Below are positions 11,255 to 23,176 of a stretch of DNA of 40,228 bases, piece after piece. The position numbers were made by a program, and so were the translations under genes. Positions within the stretch are counted from its first letter, which is position 1. The number at the start of each line of letters is the position of its first letter. The stretch lies in assembly GCF_001194135.2 (NCBI RefSeq), contig NC_068989.1, forward strand, positions 56,131,980 to 56,172,207, given 5' to 3'. Below the pieces are notes generated by a model, which was not told where the DNA came from, did not search any database, and saw only the letters and a program-made list of their open reading frames with translations. Source of the DNA: Octopus bimaculoides (taxonomy: Eukaryota).

Positions 11255-11509
11255 TTAAAGGAACAAACTAGGGAGGAGAGAAGACTAGATCATATATAGT
11301 CATCTCACTAAGCATTTGTGTGGCATAGGTTCTGCTTAGTCAGGGATGATGTTACGTATAGTACAACATCGAGAATAAGTACAGAAGATGCGAGTAATGT
11401 ATAAATCAGGTTCCACAATATTTAAATATACTGTTTGTGAGATTGTGATATCACCACCACCACCACCACCACCATCATCATTGTTTTCATTAGCATCATC
11501 ATTGTCATC

Positions 11510-11705
11510 ATCGTCATCACCACTCTTATCATCATTTAATATTCACTTATCCATGCCTGCATGGGTCTGACTGAATTTGTTTCTTCACCTGTTTCCAAGC
11601 CAGGTAATATTTTCTCACAAGACATGTCTTCCCTGAAAGACTGGAAATAAACAGAATTGCTTGTATGACAATGATATTTACTTACAACCATCATGTGATG
11701 CTTAG
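11510..11705 (-). mobile_element. Family C-type tail joined to a different body
   Basis: catcatttaat..tccatgcctgcatggg tail followed by a non-C module. Confidence 0.55.
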
Positions 11706-11747
11706 AGATTAGCATGTGTGTGCGTGCGCACGCGCACACACACACAA

Positions 11748-11911
11748 CAAGCTTCTTTCAATTTCCATCAACAAAATCCACCCACAAGTCTTTGGTTGGT
11801 AAGGAGCTATAGTGGAATTCGCTTGCCCAAAGTAACACTCAATGGGATTGAACTCACAACCACATGGTTAGAAAACAAGATTCCTTAACCACAAAGTCAT
11901 GCCTGTGCCTA
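11748..11911 (-). mobile_element. SINE family A, head half, diverged
   Basis: Collinear with 10560-10726. Confidence 0.8.
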
Positions 11912-12680
11912 TATCTTCATATATAAATCTGTTTTCATTCCCCAAAGGCCTAGCTACTAATAAATGAAGATCTGCAGTAGATTTAATGGACAATAATTGC
12001 TCGATGTATAATCAGAAAAACCTTATACATATGATTCTTCCCAAACATAACAATACATACATACATACATACATACATACATACATACACACATACACAC
12101 ATACATACATACATAATACATACATACATACATACATACATACATACATGCATGCATGTATGTATATATGTGTGTATGTATGTGTCTCTTCTATTTTTTA
12201 CCTTCCACTGAGGAGGGAGCCAGTTTCCAACAAAGATACAAGGCTCTATCTTTGGGATGTAGTTAACATAGACAAATTCAGATTTGGAACTTGAGAAAGG
12301 TCTTGCATATTATTACTGTTCCACTCACAGATTGCACTTGTAATGTATGAATCAACTAGTTGATTTCTCTCTCTGAAAATTCCATTTTATCCAGATTCTC
12401 CTTTAAGCATTTACTATGTATGTATGTATGTATTAAGTATATATGAACATGTCTAGATATGCAACTATATGCATGAGAATACATACATACAACAAAACAT
12501 ACAAATTTGCATGTATACATACATACAAAAAGACCCTGTTGATGTTGTTGAAATTCCAGGGGCCTTGGATCTAGGTTAGAAACAGGCCCTTTCTCTATTG
12601 ACAAGAAATCTTAAAAATAAAACTGCATAATGACCCATACATACATACATACATACATACATACTTACATACATACTTAC

Positions 12681-13132
12681 ATAGGCACAGGAGTGGCTTA
12701 TAGGTGCAGGAGTGGCTGTATAGTAAGAAGCATGCTTCCCAACCACATGGTTCCAGGTTCAGTCCCACAGCATGGCACATTGGCCAAGTGTCTTCTACTA
12801 TAGCTTAAGGTCAACCAAAGCCTTGTGAATGGATTTGGTAGACGGAAACTGAAAGAAGCCCGTTGTATATGTATATATATGTGTATATGTGTGTGTATTT
12901 GTGTATCTGTGTTTCTCCCCCCACCATCACCTGACAACCAATGTTAGTATGTTTACGTCCCTGTAATCTAGCAGTTCAACCAAAGAGACCGATAGAATAA
13001 GTACTAGACTTACAAAGTACTAGACTTACAAAGTACTAGACTTACAAAGAATAAGTTGATTTCTTCGACTAAAGGCGGTGCTCCAGCATGGCCACAATCA
13101 AATAACTGAAACAAGTAAAAGAATGAAAGAGT
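12681..13132 (+). mobile_element. SINE family A, full length, with internal duplications
   Basis: Duplicated 5' end (about 19 bp) and three copies of AAGTACTAGACTTACA at 12999-13046. Confidence 0.9.
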
Positions 13133-13417
13133 ACATACATACATACATACATACATACATAGACAGACAGACAGACAGACAAACGTAGTCTTTGATAATG
13201 CAGCAATGCTATTGTTACTTAAGGAAAACTTCATCAGCTACTTGTTGCCTTTACCAGTGCTATTTCAGTAGCAATGTAGAGTTATCTTCCTTGATATTTG
13301 TTTCTCAGTTTTACAACTAATTCACTCCCTTTGTGCACACAAATTATCAGAATCTAGCCTCCACATACATTTTAAGAGATTATCATCATTTTACAAACAC
13401 ACACACGTTTTTATAAA

Positions 13418-13458
<41 letters not shown>

Positions 13459-14454
13459 CTGAATATATAGATACATGTGTTTGTATATGTTTAAATATAT
13501 GTATATTTAAGTATATGATTCTTCCCAAATAGATATGATATATACATACACATATACATGNNNNNNNNNNNNNNNNNNNNNNNNNNNNNNNNNNNNNNNN
13601 NNNNNNNNNNNNNNNNNNNNNNNNNNNNNNNNNNNNNNNNNNNNNNNNNNNNNNNNNNNNNNNNNNNNNNNNNNNNNNNNNNNNNNNNNNNNNNNNNNNN
13701 NNNNNNNNNNNNNNNNNNNNNNNNNNNNNNNNNNNNNNNNNNNNNNNNNNNNNNNNNNNNNNNNNNNNNNNNNNNNNNNNNNNNNNNNNNNNNNNNNNNN
13801 NNNNNNNNNNNNNNNNNNNNNNNNNNNNNNNNNNNNNNNNNNNNNNNNNNNNNNNNNNNNNNNNNNNNNNNNNNNNNNNNNNNNNNNNNNNNNNNNNNNN
13901 NNNNNNNNNNNNNNNNNNNNNNNNNNNNNNNNNNNNNNNNNNNNNNNNNNNNNNNNNNNNNNNNNNNNNNNNNNNNNNNNNNNNNNNNNNNNNNNNNNNN
14001 NNNNNNNNNNNNNNNNNNNNNNNNNNNNNNNNNNNNNNNNNNNNNNNNNNNNNNNNNNNNNNNNNNNNNNNNNNNNNNNNNNNNNNNNNNNNNNNNNNNN
14101 NNNNNNNNNNNNNNNNNNNNNNNNNNNNNNNNNNNNNNNNNNNNNNNNNNNNNNNNNNNNNNNNNNNNNNNNNNNNNNNNNNNNNNNNNNNNNNNNNNNN
14201 NNNNNNNNNNNNNNNNNNNNNNNNNNNNNNNNNNNNNNNNNNNNNNNNNNNNNNNNNNNNNNNNNNNNNNNNNNNNNNNNNNNNNNNNNNNNNNNNNNNN
14301 NNNNNNNNNNNNNNNNNNNNNNNNNNNNNNNNNNNNNNNNNNNNNNNNNNNNNNNNNNNNNNNNNNNNNNNNNNNNNNNNNNNNNNNNNNNNNNNNNNNN
14401 NNNNNNNNNNNNNNNNNNNNNNNNNNNNNNNNNATATATATATATATATATATA

Positions 14455-14486
14455 TCATCATCATCATCATTATCATCATCATCATT

Positions 14487-14521
<35 letters not shown>

Positions 14522-14578
14522 TTAACGTCCGTGCTCCATGCTAGCATGGGTGAGACAGTACCACAAGAGCTGGCCATG
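14455..14578 (-). mobile_element. SINE family C, 3' fragment with long (CAT)n
   Basis: (CAT)n tttaacgtccgtgctccatgctagcatggg. Confidence 0.7.
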
Positions 14579-14914
14579 TATATATATATATAAATAAATA
14601 GTATAAGATATGGATTCAGAGAATTTTGCAGCTATTACAGTAAGCTCCTCTTGTGGACTCAGCTATCAGTCCATGTTGTAATATCAATTACTAGAAAGTG
14701 TAACACCCATTGAACTGGCAATCCAGAAAATCCTAGCTATAAAATTATTCTCTGAGGAATATATGAAAACATAAAATCAGGATGTATGAGAGGTGAAAAT
14801 GTATTATTTAACCATGTGACTTCTATAAGATTACAGATGTTTTGCAACCTTCTTCATGCAGTTTTAATTTTCTGTATGCAAGAAATTATGCATATATGTT
14901 TGCATTTATATATG

Positions 14915-15330
14915 TGCTCAGCATTATACAATGCAACTGTACATTCACAAATTGATGCAAATAATACTACCTCATCAGATCACTGGAATATCATGGTTAC
15001 ATCCGCAATTCCCAACTCTAAATATACACGCAAAATTCATTCTGTATATGTACAATGTATGGAAGGCTGGAACTGAACAGAATTACATTGATTTGATCAG
15101 GAAAAAGGCAAACAACACAGTAAAGATATACTGTGTTGCTATTATTGTAGCAAAAAAAACTTTCTTCACAGATGAACATCCTTAAGACAATTAAGTTAAA
15201 GTGCTTGATAGAAATTAAGGAATTCCTCTTCCTTAATTTAAGCAAAATAACAAGAAGTAATAGCAAAAGATAAAGTAAAAATAAAATAAAACATAAAAAT
15301 ATAAGCAAATAATATAAAGGAATCTTTACC
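14915..15330 (+). mobile_element. LINE (probably RTE) AP-endonuclease remnant, left arm of inverted pair
   Basis: WNI, WKAGT, ITLI*SGK and CVAIIVAKK resemble the TWNVR, RW-x-GSG, YSG and GVAII motifs; homologous to 15706-16124 reversed. Confidence 0.5.
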
Positions 15331-15479
15331 AAAGTGTGTATGTGTGTATATATATGTAAATATGTATATATATTTGTCTGTAATATATATATATATATAT
15401 ATAAAATATATATATATATATATGGTTCTATAAGTGCGTTTCTATGTATGTGTGCATATGTACTTTGTTTACCCCAGAT

Positions 15480-16124
15480 TAAAATGCTGAAAACCATATC
15501 GAGGTGTGGTTCACATGTGAGTATATTTCCTGAATGTTCAACTGCTTTCTCTGACATTTTTGTGTCCTTGTTGACTTTGTACAGCAGTTTATTGTTGTAG
15601 AACACAATGTCTTGGTATTAGTTCCTTGTTTTTATGCATTCATCCATGAGTTCTGTAAAATCTTTAAATCACCAGCTGTTTTATCCCCCACTCATCCACC
15701 TGTGTGGTAAAAATTCTTAAATCTTATTTGCTTATATTTTTATATTTTTTTCTTATGTTATTTTATTTTTACTTCATCTCTTGTTATTTCTTGCTACTTT
15801 GCTTTAATTCAGTATGGTGAATTCCTTCTTCTCTATCTGGTATTCTAACTTAAATGATGTGCAAGTATTCATATATGAAGAACATTTTACTTATAACAGG
15901 ATTACAATATATATTCACTATTGAGTTTACCTCTTACTGACCAAATCAATGTAATTTGGTCCAGTTCCAGCCTTCCATGCACTGTATATATAAAGAGTGA
16001 ATTTTGTGTGTATATTTAGAGTTGAACTGTTTGTATAACTATGATGTTCTGGTGATCTGATGAGCTAGCTCTTTTTATTTGCATTGCTTAGTGAATACAC
16101 ATTTGTATTGTGTATTGCTGAGCA
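15480..16124 (-). mobile_element. LINE (probably RTE) AP-endonuclease remnant, right arm
   Basis: Same motifs, plus FKDFTELMDECIK..YQDIV..KVNKDTKMSEKAVEHSGN resembling the FYE-L..GDFNAKVG..G-x-HG region. Confidence 0.55.
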
Positions 16125-16553
16125 TCACTGAAGGCCAAATTAACTGCAGAATTCATCCTGTGTATTATCTACAGTGTTATATATCACAAATATATCAGTA
16201 GCAAATGAAAACTGTCTAGCAGTGGAGGTAGGAATGCTAGATACATATTTCTGCCTTATTGGACTTTGTCAGTAGCATGTACCTACTGGCAATTACATGC
16301 TTAGGCAAAATCTGTTGTCACCAATGTGGGAAAACAGTGACTGAAAAATTACTGATGTTGATAATTAGCCAGCCAGCTGAATAAAAATTAGTTCAACAGA
16401 AACAATATAATATACTGTTTATAGAAGAAATTATACACCATTCAATGTAGTTCAAGAATATGCTAGATTTCTACCTCACAAATAACATAGACTTCATCCA
16501 CAACTTTCCCAGACTATAACCTATTAGAAATTACAATACATGGACCCTGGGAC

Positions 16554-16721
16554 CAGTGCTGGAATTAGGACAAATGAGGCCCCTTATTTGGACAGTCAGG
16601 CACACATGCTCAGGAAATTCATTGTAAAATATTGAGGGGGGAGGAAGATGGGCCCCACACCCTTTGGTCAATGGGGCCCTGTGTTTAAGCACACCGAAGC
16701 ACAATACTAAATCCAGCATTT
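16554..16721. mobile_element. MITE with imperfect TIRs (Harbinger-like)
   Basis: CAGTGCTGGAATTA ... TAAATCCAGCATTT termini and an internal GGCCCC/GGGGCC inverted pair. Confidence 0.45.
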
Positions 16722-16929
16722 GCCTGAGACCATACATTGTAAGATCATATATGTCCATCCTACAAGAAGTACTTAAACTCTGTCAAGTTTGAACTTTTCC
16801 AAAGCCAATCGGAAACTAATTCATAAACAAGATCCTTTACAGGACTGGCCTGGAAGTGTTTCTATGTAAAACAATGACATAAAATTTTAGCAATTTATAC
16901 TAATAATGCATGCTAAATGCATTAAATCT

Positions 16930-17190
16930 TTTCTTGATGGAAAGGTTAACATGCACAAGAATATTAATTCCAGAGGAAGGAAAATAACAGAGAAATATAT
17001 GTGGCAGATGCACAGCAGCAATAAACACCAAGGACACAAAGAAAATAGATTTTCATGAATGCACAAGAGGTTCCCTAGTAGTACTAGATATTTCTGTGGC
17101 TTAAGCTACCTAATTGGCTGTGGAGGAAGATGTTCTGAAAGTATAATTGCTAGAAAGAGAATAGTATGGAGAAAGTTCAGAGAACTGTAT
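16930..17190 (+). mobile_element. RTE LINE remnant (region after RT core)
   Basis: ICGRCTAAINTKDTKKIDFHECTRGSLVVLD, then YFCGLSYLIGCGGRCSESIIARKRIVWRKFREL (FCYLG..GGGCSES..AR...W-x-KFREL); same family as 33170-34125. Confidence 0.75.
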
Positions 17191-17204
17191 ATATTTATGT
17201 GTGT

Positions 17205-17405
17205 GTGCCTGAGTTTGTTCCCCTGCCATCGCTTGACAACTGATGTTGGTGTGTTTACATCCTTGTAACCTAGTGGTTCAGCGAAAGAGACCAATAGCAT
17301 AAGTACTAGGCTTACAAAGAATAAGTCCTGAGATTGATCTGTTTGACTAAAACCCTTTAAGGCCATGCTCCAGCAAGGCCACCATCAAATGACTGAAACA
17401 AGTAA
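17205..17405 (+). mobile_element. SINE family A, tail half
   Basis: Tail module truncating the RTE remnant. Confidence 0.85.
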
Positions 17406-17490
17406 AAAAAATATTAATTATTCAGTGAAAAGCTGGCAAAGCTGTTAGCACACTCTTTATGTTCTAAAGAAAGTGGAATGTACGGGAAAC

Positions 17491-17610
17491 TTAATTGATC
17501 ACAACAATCGTTTCGACACATCCTGCATTGCTCCCTTGTGGATTAGAAGCTATACAACTAATCTCGGTGTGTCTCACAGTGCAGAAGCATCTCATCAGGT
17601 GATGTAATAA
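17491..17610 (-). ncRNA. Type I hammerhead ribozyme motif (intact core, long stem II)
   Basis: ATCAC-CTGATGA(17598-17592)-stem II of 77 nt-GAAA(17514-17511)-CGATTG-TT|GTGAT. Stem I ATCAC/GTGAT is perfect and extends past two mismatches; stem III is near-palindromic ACGATTGT. Confidence 0.7.
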
Positions 17611-17719
17611 TGTACTGTGTTACATAAGCAATGTTTTGTTCATTCAGATTCACTAGAGCATGTTGTTAGTGGTCGTAGCTTAAATACATTTAGAAGAAAT
17701 TAGAGATTTTAAATTTTCA

Positions 17720-17827
<108 letters not shown>

Positions 17828-17899
17828 ATACAAAGAATATATATACATGTATACACACATATATGTACATACTTACATCTACATGTGTATATACATGCA

Positions 17900-18090
17900 T
17901 ATCAGGGTACAGGACGTTAGAACAATAAACTACAGACAACGGAACGAACACATAGGAAAACGGAAAGCCCCTTGGAATATCCCTTCATCAGCTGTCTCTA
18001 TTCTATCTAGACGTTTCGAAGACCAGACAGGACGTACTCTAGAATAGTCTCTTCCTGAGTAGTGGATCAACCAACTACACAGAGGATTCC
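17900..18090 (-). mobile_element. Penelope-like pseudo-LTR remnant with broken hammerhead motifs
   Basis: Minus strand carries ..GGAAGA..TTCGAAACGTC and a downstream CTGATGAAGGG; related to the repeat at 32710-33060. Confidence 0.3.
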
Positions 18091-18127
18091 AATATATATA
18101 TATATATATCAGTCTGTATGTATGTAC

Positions 18128-18511
18128 AGACTCAGTCATGGCTGATGCCAGTGTAGCATATCTGGCACCCGTGCCAGTAGCACATAAAAGATACTCTTCA
18201 AACATTGGGCCTCATAGAGGCAGTGACAAGTGACTGAGATCTTTGGCAATATACTGTGCTTGAGAAGACCTGTCAAGCCATGTGAGATTATAATAATGGC
18301 CGATGCCAGTGTTTTGTAACTGGAACTTGTGCCAGTGACACATAAAAGCACCAACTACGCTCTTGGAGTGATTGGCATAATGAAGAGCAGCCAGCTGTAG
18401 AAACCATTCCAAATCAGATTGGAACCTGGTGCAGCTCCCCAGCTTACCAGTTTTCAGTGAAACCATCCAACCCATGCCAGCATGGAAAATGGATATTAAA
18501 TGATGATGATG
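18128..18511 (+). mobile_element. SINE family C
   Basis: Internal tandem units, then aacccatgccagcatggaaaatggatattaaatgatgatgat tail. Confidence 0.85.
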
Positions 18512-18717
18512 ATATATATATATATATATATGTAAGTTTAAATAGAGGTTAAAATAACCACCTTAAGGGATAGAAAATGCCCAATGAATTACTGGTTTGC
18601 TACCTATTATTTTATTGTGAATAGTAATATTCCTAAAATATTAGGTTTAAGTATTAAAATGCAGAAAATGGAGAAGTAGTGTTGATACAATTTATTAACT
18701 GCAAAAATTCAACATGT

Positions 18718-18792
18718 TCCCTTACAGCTGTTTCGAATGAATTAAATTCCAATTATTAAAACATTTTGGTGGGCAGAATCTCTTCTGAGAAG
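18718..18792 (-). ncRNA. Degenerate type I hammerhead motif
   Basis: CAGAAGA (U4 changed to A)..GAAA-CAGCTG-TA|AGGG, with palindromic stem III ACAGCTGT; stems I and II imperfect. Confidence 0.4.
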
Positions 18793-19074
18793 TTAAAAAG
18801 TAAAAGAGACATATCGTTAGGTTATTAACATGTTATTCTTCCAAAGCATCTCAACAGACTCATATGTATATATAACTATTTGAAAAATATGAATTATCCA
18901 CATGACAATGTAATTGTTTTTAAAATCCATTCTAGAATAATCCAGGGAAATATAATTTTTCATCAGCTATATAAATCCACAGCTCTTTTGATCTGTAATT
19001 AGTTTGATAAGTGCCAACTCACATAACTCTCAACCCTCAAGTCACTCTGTGGTGGGGGGGGGAGTATTTCAGTC

Positions 19075-19180
19075 TGCAGGCAAACCTTATGACAGACCAG
19101 CTTTGCATTCTGAGGAGAGCCTTGTACTCAGAGTTGCTTAATGGCTCAGAAGCCCAGGTAGGCTTCTGCTCCAACTTTAT
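19075..19180 (+). mobile_element. Possible RTE C-terminal fragment
   Basis: MTDQLCILRRALYSELLNGSEAQVG resembles RM-x-D-x-R-x-P-x-x-LLY-x-EL-x-x-G-x-R-x-x-GG. Confidence 0.3.
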
Positions 19181-19660
19181 GTTCATGTGTATTGTTGTGT
19201 TTCCAAGTTCATTCCCACTCTGCTACATGAACAATAATAGAACAGTTCTCTGCTATAATCCTGAAAATTGAATTTGGGAAATGGAATCTGGTATGTCTGT
19301 ATGTATGCNNNNNNNNNNNNNNNNNNNNNNNNNNNNNNNNNNNNNNNNNNNNNNNNNNNNNNNNNNNNNNNNNNNNNNNNNNNNNNNNNNNNNNNNNNNN
19401 NNNNNNNNNNNNNNNNNNNNNNNNNNNNNNNNNNNNNNNNNNNNNNNNNNNNNNNNNNNNNNNNNNNNNNNNNNNNNNNNAGACAGATAGATAGATAGAT
19501 ACATATATACATACATACATACATACATACATACATTCATACAAACATACATGGATGGATGGACAGACGGATGGATGGATGGATGGATGGATGGACAGAC
19601 AGATAGATAGACAGATACATAGATACATAGATAGATAGGGAGATAGACAGACAGACAGAC

Positions 19661-19717
<57 letters not shown>

Positions 19718-20094
19718 TTAGATAGATGGATGGAATACACATACATACATGTATACATACATATGTACATATACACACATACATAATATAATTGTGTGTG
19801 TGTATGTGTGTGTAATGAACAAGTTAAGCATAAATCCTCTGAGATGACCTTGGGAAAAAAAAAAGAGGTGGATGGTTGCTGACATTATCTTCAGTCTGGT
19901 ACACCCAGCCTATATTATTGGCATAACACAATACATCGAGTTCCAGTTCATTAAAAATTCCTAGTGAATATATAAAGTGGAACTGAATCTTGTGTGAATG
20001 CGTGTGTATATATATATATATACATATATATACACACATGCATGCATATATATGTGTGTATATATACACATGCATACATACACACATATGTATA

Positions 20095-20152
<58 letters not shown>

Positions 20153-21249
20153 CCAGTGTGTGGATATACAAACATATACATACACACGCTAAGGCTGAAG
20201 CTGCTTTCATCTCTATCAAATCCTGATCTAGCTGTGTTCACCTTTCAGCTATGATTATGTATTTCTTTCATATAACCGTTTTTGGTGCGCGTGCGCACAT
20301 GTGTGTGTGTATAGATATGTATATTATATATGCATATATATATATATTTACACACACACACACAAACACACACACATATATACATACATACATANNNNNN
20401 NNNNNNNNNNNNNNNNNNNNNNNNNNNNNNNNNNNNNNNNNNNNNNNNNNNNNNNNNNNNNNNNNNNNNNNNNNNNNNNNNNNNNNNNNNNNNNNNNNNN
20501 NNNNNNNNNNNNNNNNNNNNNNNNNNNNNNNNNNNNNNNNNNNNNNNNNNNNNNNNNNNNNNNNNNNNNNNNNNNNNNNNNNNNNNNNNNNNNNNNNNNN
20601 NNNNNNNNNNNNNNNNNNNNNNNNNNNNNNNNNNNNNNNNNNNNNNNNNNNNNNNNNNNNNNNNNNNNNNNNNNNNNNNNNNNNNNNNNNNNNNNNNNNN
20701 NNNNNNNNNNNNNNNNNNNNNNNNNNNNNNNNNNNNNNNNNNNNNNNNNNNNNNNNNNNNNNNNNNNNNNNNNNNNNNNNNNNNNNNNNNNNNNNNNNNN
20801 NNNNNNNNNNNNNNNNNNNNNNNNNNNNNNNNNNNNNNNNNNNNNNNNNNNNNNNNNNNNNNNNNNNNNNNNNNNNNNNNNNNNNNNNNNNNNNNNNNNN
20901 NNNNNNNNNNNNNNNNNNNNNNNNNNNNNNNNNNNNNNNNNNNNCCTCTGTGCCACATGAAAAGACTTTTTTTTTAAGAAAAACGAAAAAAAAAAAATTA
21001 TTTCGATTTAATTTTTTCCTCTTTTTTCCTTTTAATCATTATCCTTGTTATTTTTTTATTGCATAATAAAAATATTTTCAGTTGTACACACACACTCACA
21101 CTCACATACACACTCACACTCACACACACACACACACACACACACACATGCACACACACACACACACATGCATGCACATACAGACATGCACACATGCACA
21201 CATGAAAAGAAAATTATGTAAATGGATCTCAGTCAACTTTGATGGTGAT

Positions 21250-21400
21250 TATTCTGGTTGTTTAATCAACTGAGATGTTGACTCCTTGAATCATCACATA
21301 AGTGGCTGAGTATTCCACAAACACCTGTACCCTTAATATAATTCTGAGATAGATTTGATGTGCCATATAGTACGTGACAAAGCTGGATATTTAAATTGCA
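21250..21400 (-). mobile_element. SINE family D, 3' fragment
   Basis: aagtggctgagtattccacaaacacctgtacccttaa is the reverse complement of part of 33498-33876. Confidence 0.65.
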
Positions 21401-21689
21401 GTGTAGCATTGGATTTGATCTAGTGCTTTGCCACATAGAAATTTCAAATCATGATTCATAATTTGAACATGAGAGTTCAACCAAAATTTTTTATCCAATC
21501 AACAACTGTTGTCCACATGATAGTTTGGTATCCTGTTTGGAACTTTCCATGAACACAGCATATAAATACAGTCAATAAAGCCACTAATTTCACAAAGTGT
21601 CACAGACAACAGAGCTGATATAACGTTCTCCACTCTTGTCATTCAGAGCATCTTGGGTGGATTTGAAATTACACTCATTACCATACTTG

Positions 21690-21901
21690 AGAAGACCCTT
21701 CATGTCAAGTGAGATCATAGTCATGGCTGATGCTGGTGTTTCATAACTGGTGCATAAAAAGCACCTACTACACTCTTGGAATGGTTTGCATTAGGAAGGG
21801 CATCCGGCTGTAGAAACCTGGTGCAGCTCCCCAGCTTACCAGTTTTCAGTGAGACCGTCCAACTCATGCCAGCATGGAAAACAGATTTTAAAGGATAATG
21901 A

Positions 21902-21920
<19 letters not shown>
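21690..21920 (+). mobile_element. SINE family C
   Basis: ttaggaagggcatccggctgtagaaacc.. tail followed by (GAT)n(GGT)n. Confidence 0.8.
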
Positions 21921-21935
<15 letters not shown>

Positions 21936-22249
21936 GGTGGTGGTAGTGTCTCTTCATATAACTGTTCTCATGGCTGCATATTAAATCATGGATAATCAAA
22001 GAACAAGAAGACATATCACGGCTCATGAATAATTACTTGACAGGTAAAAACCAGCCCGCATGTTAAATTTCGAACAGACATTTTCCCTACATGTCATATT
22101 ACAGTTTCAGTTTTCTGTTTCCATTAATTGTATTTCAGGAACACCTTTCCTACATATGTAACAAATAAATCATGTTCAAACATTAAAGAAAATCCTTGCT
22201 ACAACAGTTACAATCCACCTGCAGGGCTTCCATACAGTCTCCTATGTAC

Positions 22250-22385
22250 ACAATTTCATTTATAAAGCATGGATCTACCCAACACTATAAAAAATAGCAT
22301 TTTCCCAAGATGCTCCACAGTGAGATTGAACCTGAGATCTCATAATTGTAAAGTCAGCATCTTAACTATTTAGCTGTGCCTGTAT
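22250..22385 (-). mobile_element. SINE family A head, strongly diverged
   Basis: ttcccaagatgctccacagtgagattgaacctg. Confidence 0.55.
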
Positions 22386-22397
22386 CCTACACCTACA

Positions 22398-22440
<43 letters not shown>

Positions 22441-22447
22441 TTATATA

Positions 22448-22990
22448 TGCTAGCTGAGGTACCCAGTAATAAATTACTGTTAATAAGATGTCTGTTTATA
22501 GCTATGAAACATTTTTCATCAAATTTTGACATTTTTCAAAAATTTAAAGTCTATATTAACGGGTAGGACCAAATTTGACAAAAAAATGAGCAGCGTCTGG
22601 TAGCAAACCCTTGTCGTTATCATTTTTGTGCTTGTGTGTAAAATGGTGAAATTTTATGCTTTAAGGCAGATTTCGTCAAATTGATGTCACGATGGCTAGT
22701 GTGCAAAATGTCTAAATTTTGCTTGAGAAATAAAATTGTCTTACCTAATCAAAACCTAAAATGCTGGGGAATTGAAACAACAAATTGAAATAATAAGTTT
22801 TAGCAAATCAAAACAATTCACATTGAAATGAAGAATTAGCAAATGCTAAATAGATTACTGCTAATAAGCTGTCTGTTTATATCCATGAAACATTTCCCAT
22901 CAAATTTCAGTATTTTTCATCAAATTGATGTACAATGGCTAGTGTGAAAAATGCCAAAATTTTACGAATTTTGAAAAATCAATGCTGATT
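22448..22990. repeat. Modular repeat with diverged internal direct repeats (possible non-autonomous Helitron/Helentron type)
   Basis: 22473-22530 resembles 22854-22915 and 22676-22725 resembles 22919-22965; starts with CTAGCTGAGGTACCC. Confidence 0.4.
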
Positions 22991-23128
22991 GAAAATTGAT
23001 ATTTTTTAAATTCCAAGTGCGTAAGTGACTGTATGGGCATAAGTCCCACACATGTCAAGCATCATTAAGGTCTGTTGGATAGTCTCGGAGGAGTTAAACT
23101 AACAAATTCACAAGCACACAAACTTGCC

Positions 23129-23176
<48 letters not shown>

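Noticed and set aside
12999-13046. CRISPR-like short direct repeats
   Set aside because: No spacers and no cas genes, in a eukaryotic SINE context.
13391-14593. Long ORFs containing X runs (also at 20245-21066, 26048-26798, 31143-32258, 36207-36908 and others)
   Set aside because: They are open only because N-gaps and microsatellites contain no stop codons.
16041-16125. C/D-box snoRNA-like or hammerhead-like motif (TGATGA..CTGA)
   Set aside because: No canonical terminal stem or k-turn register, the GAAA is incomplete, and it lies within the LINE remnant duplicated at 14915.
21400-21650. Possible mariner remnant on the minus strand (LCSWKVP, SNYES..SMW)
   Set aside because: Similarity too weak to support by eye; needs an HMM search.
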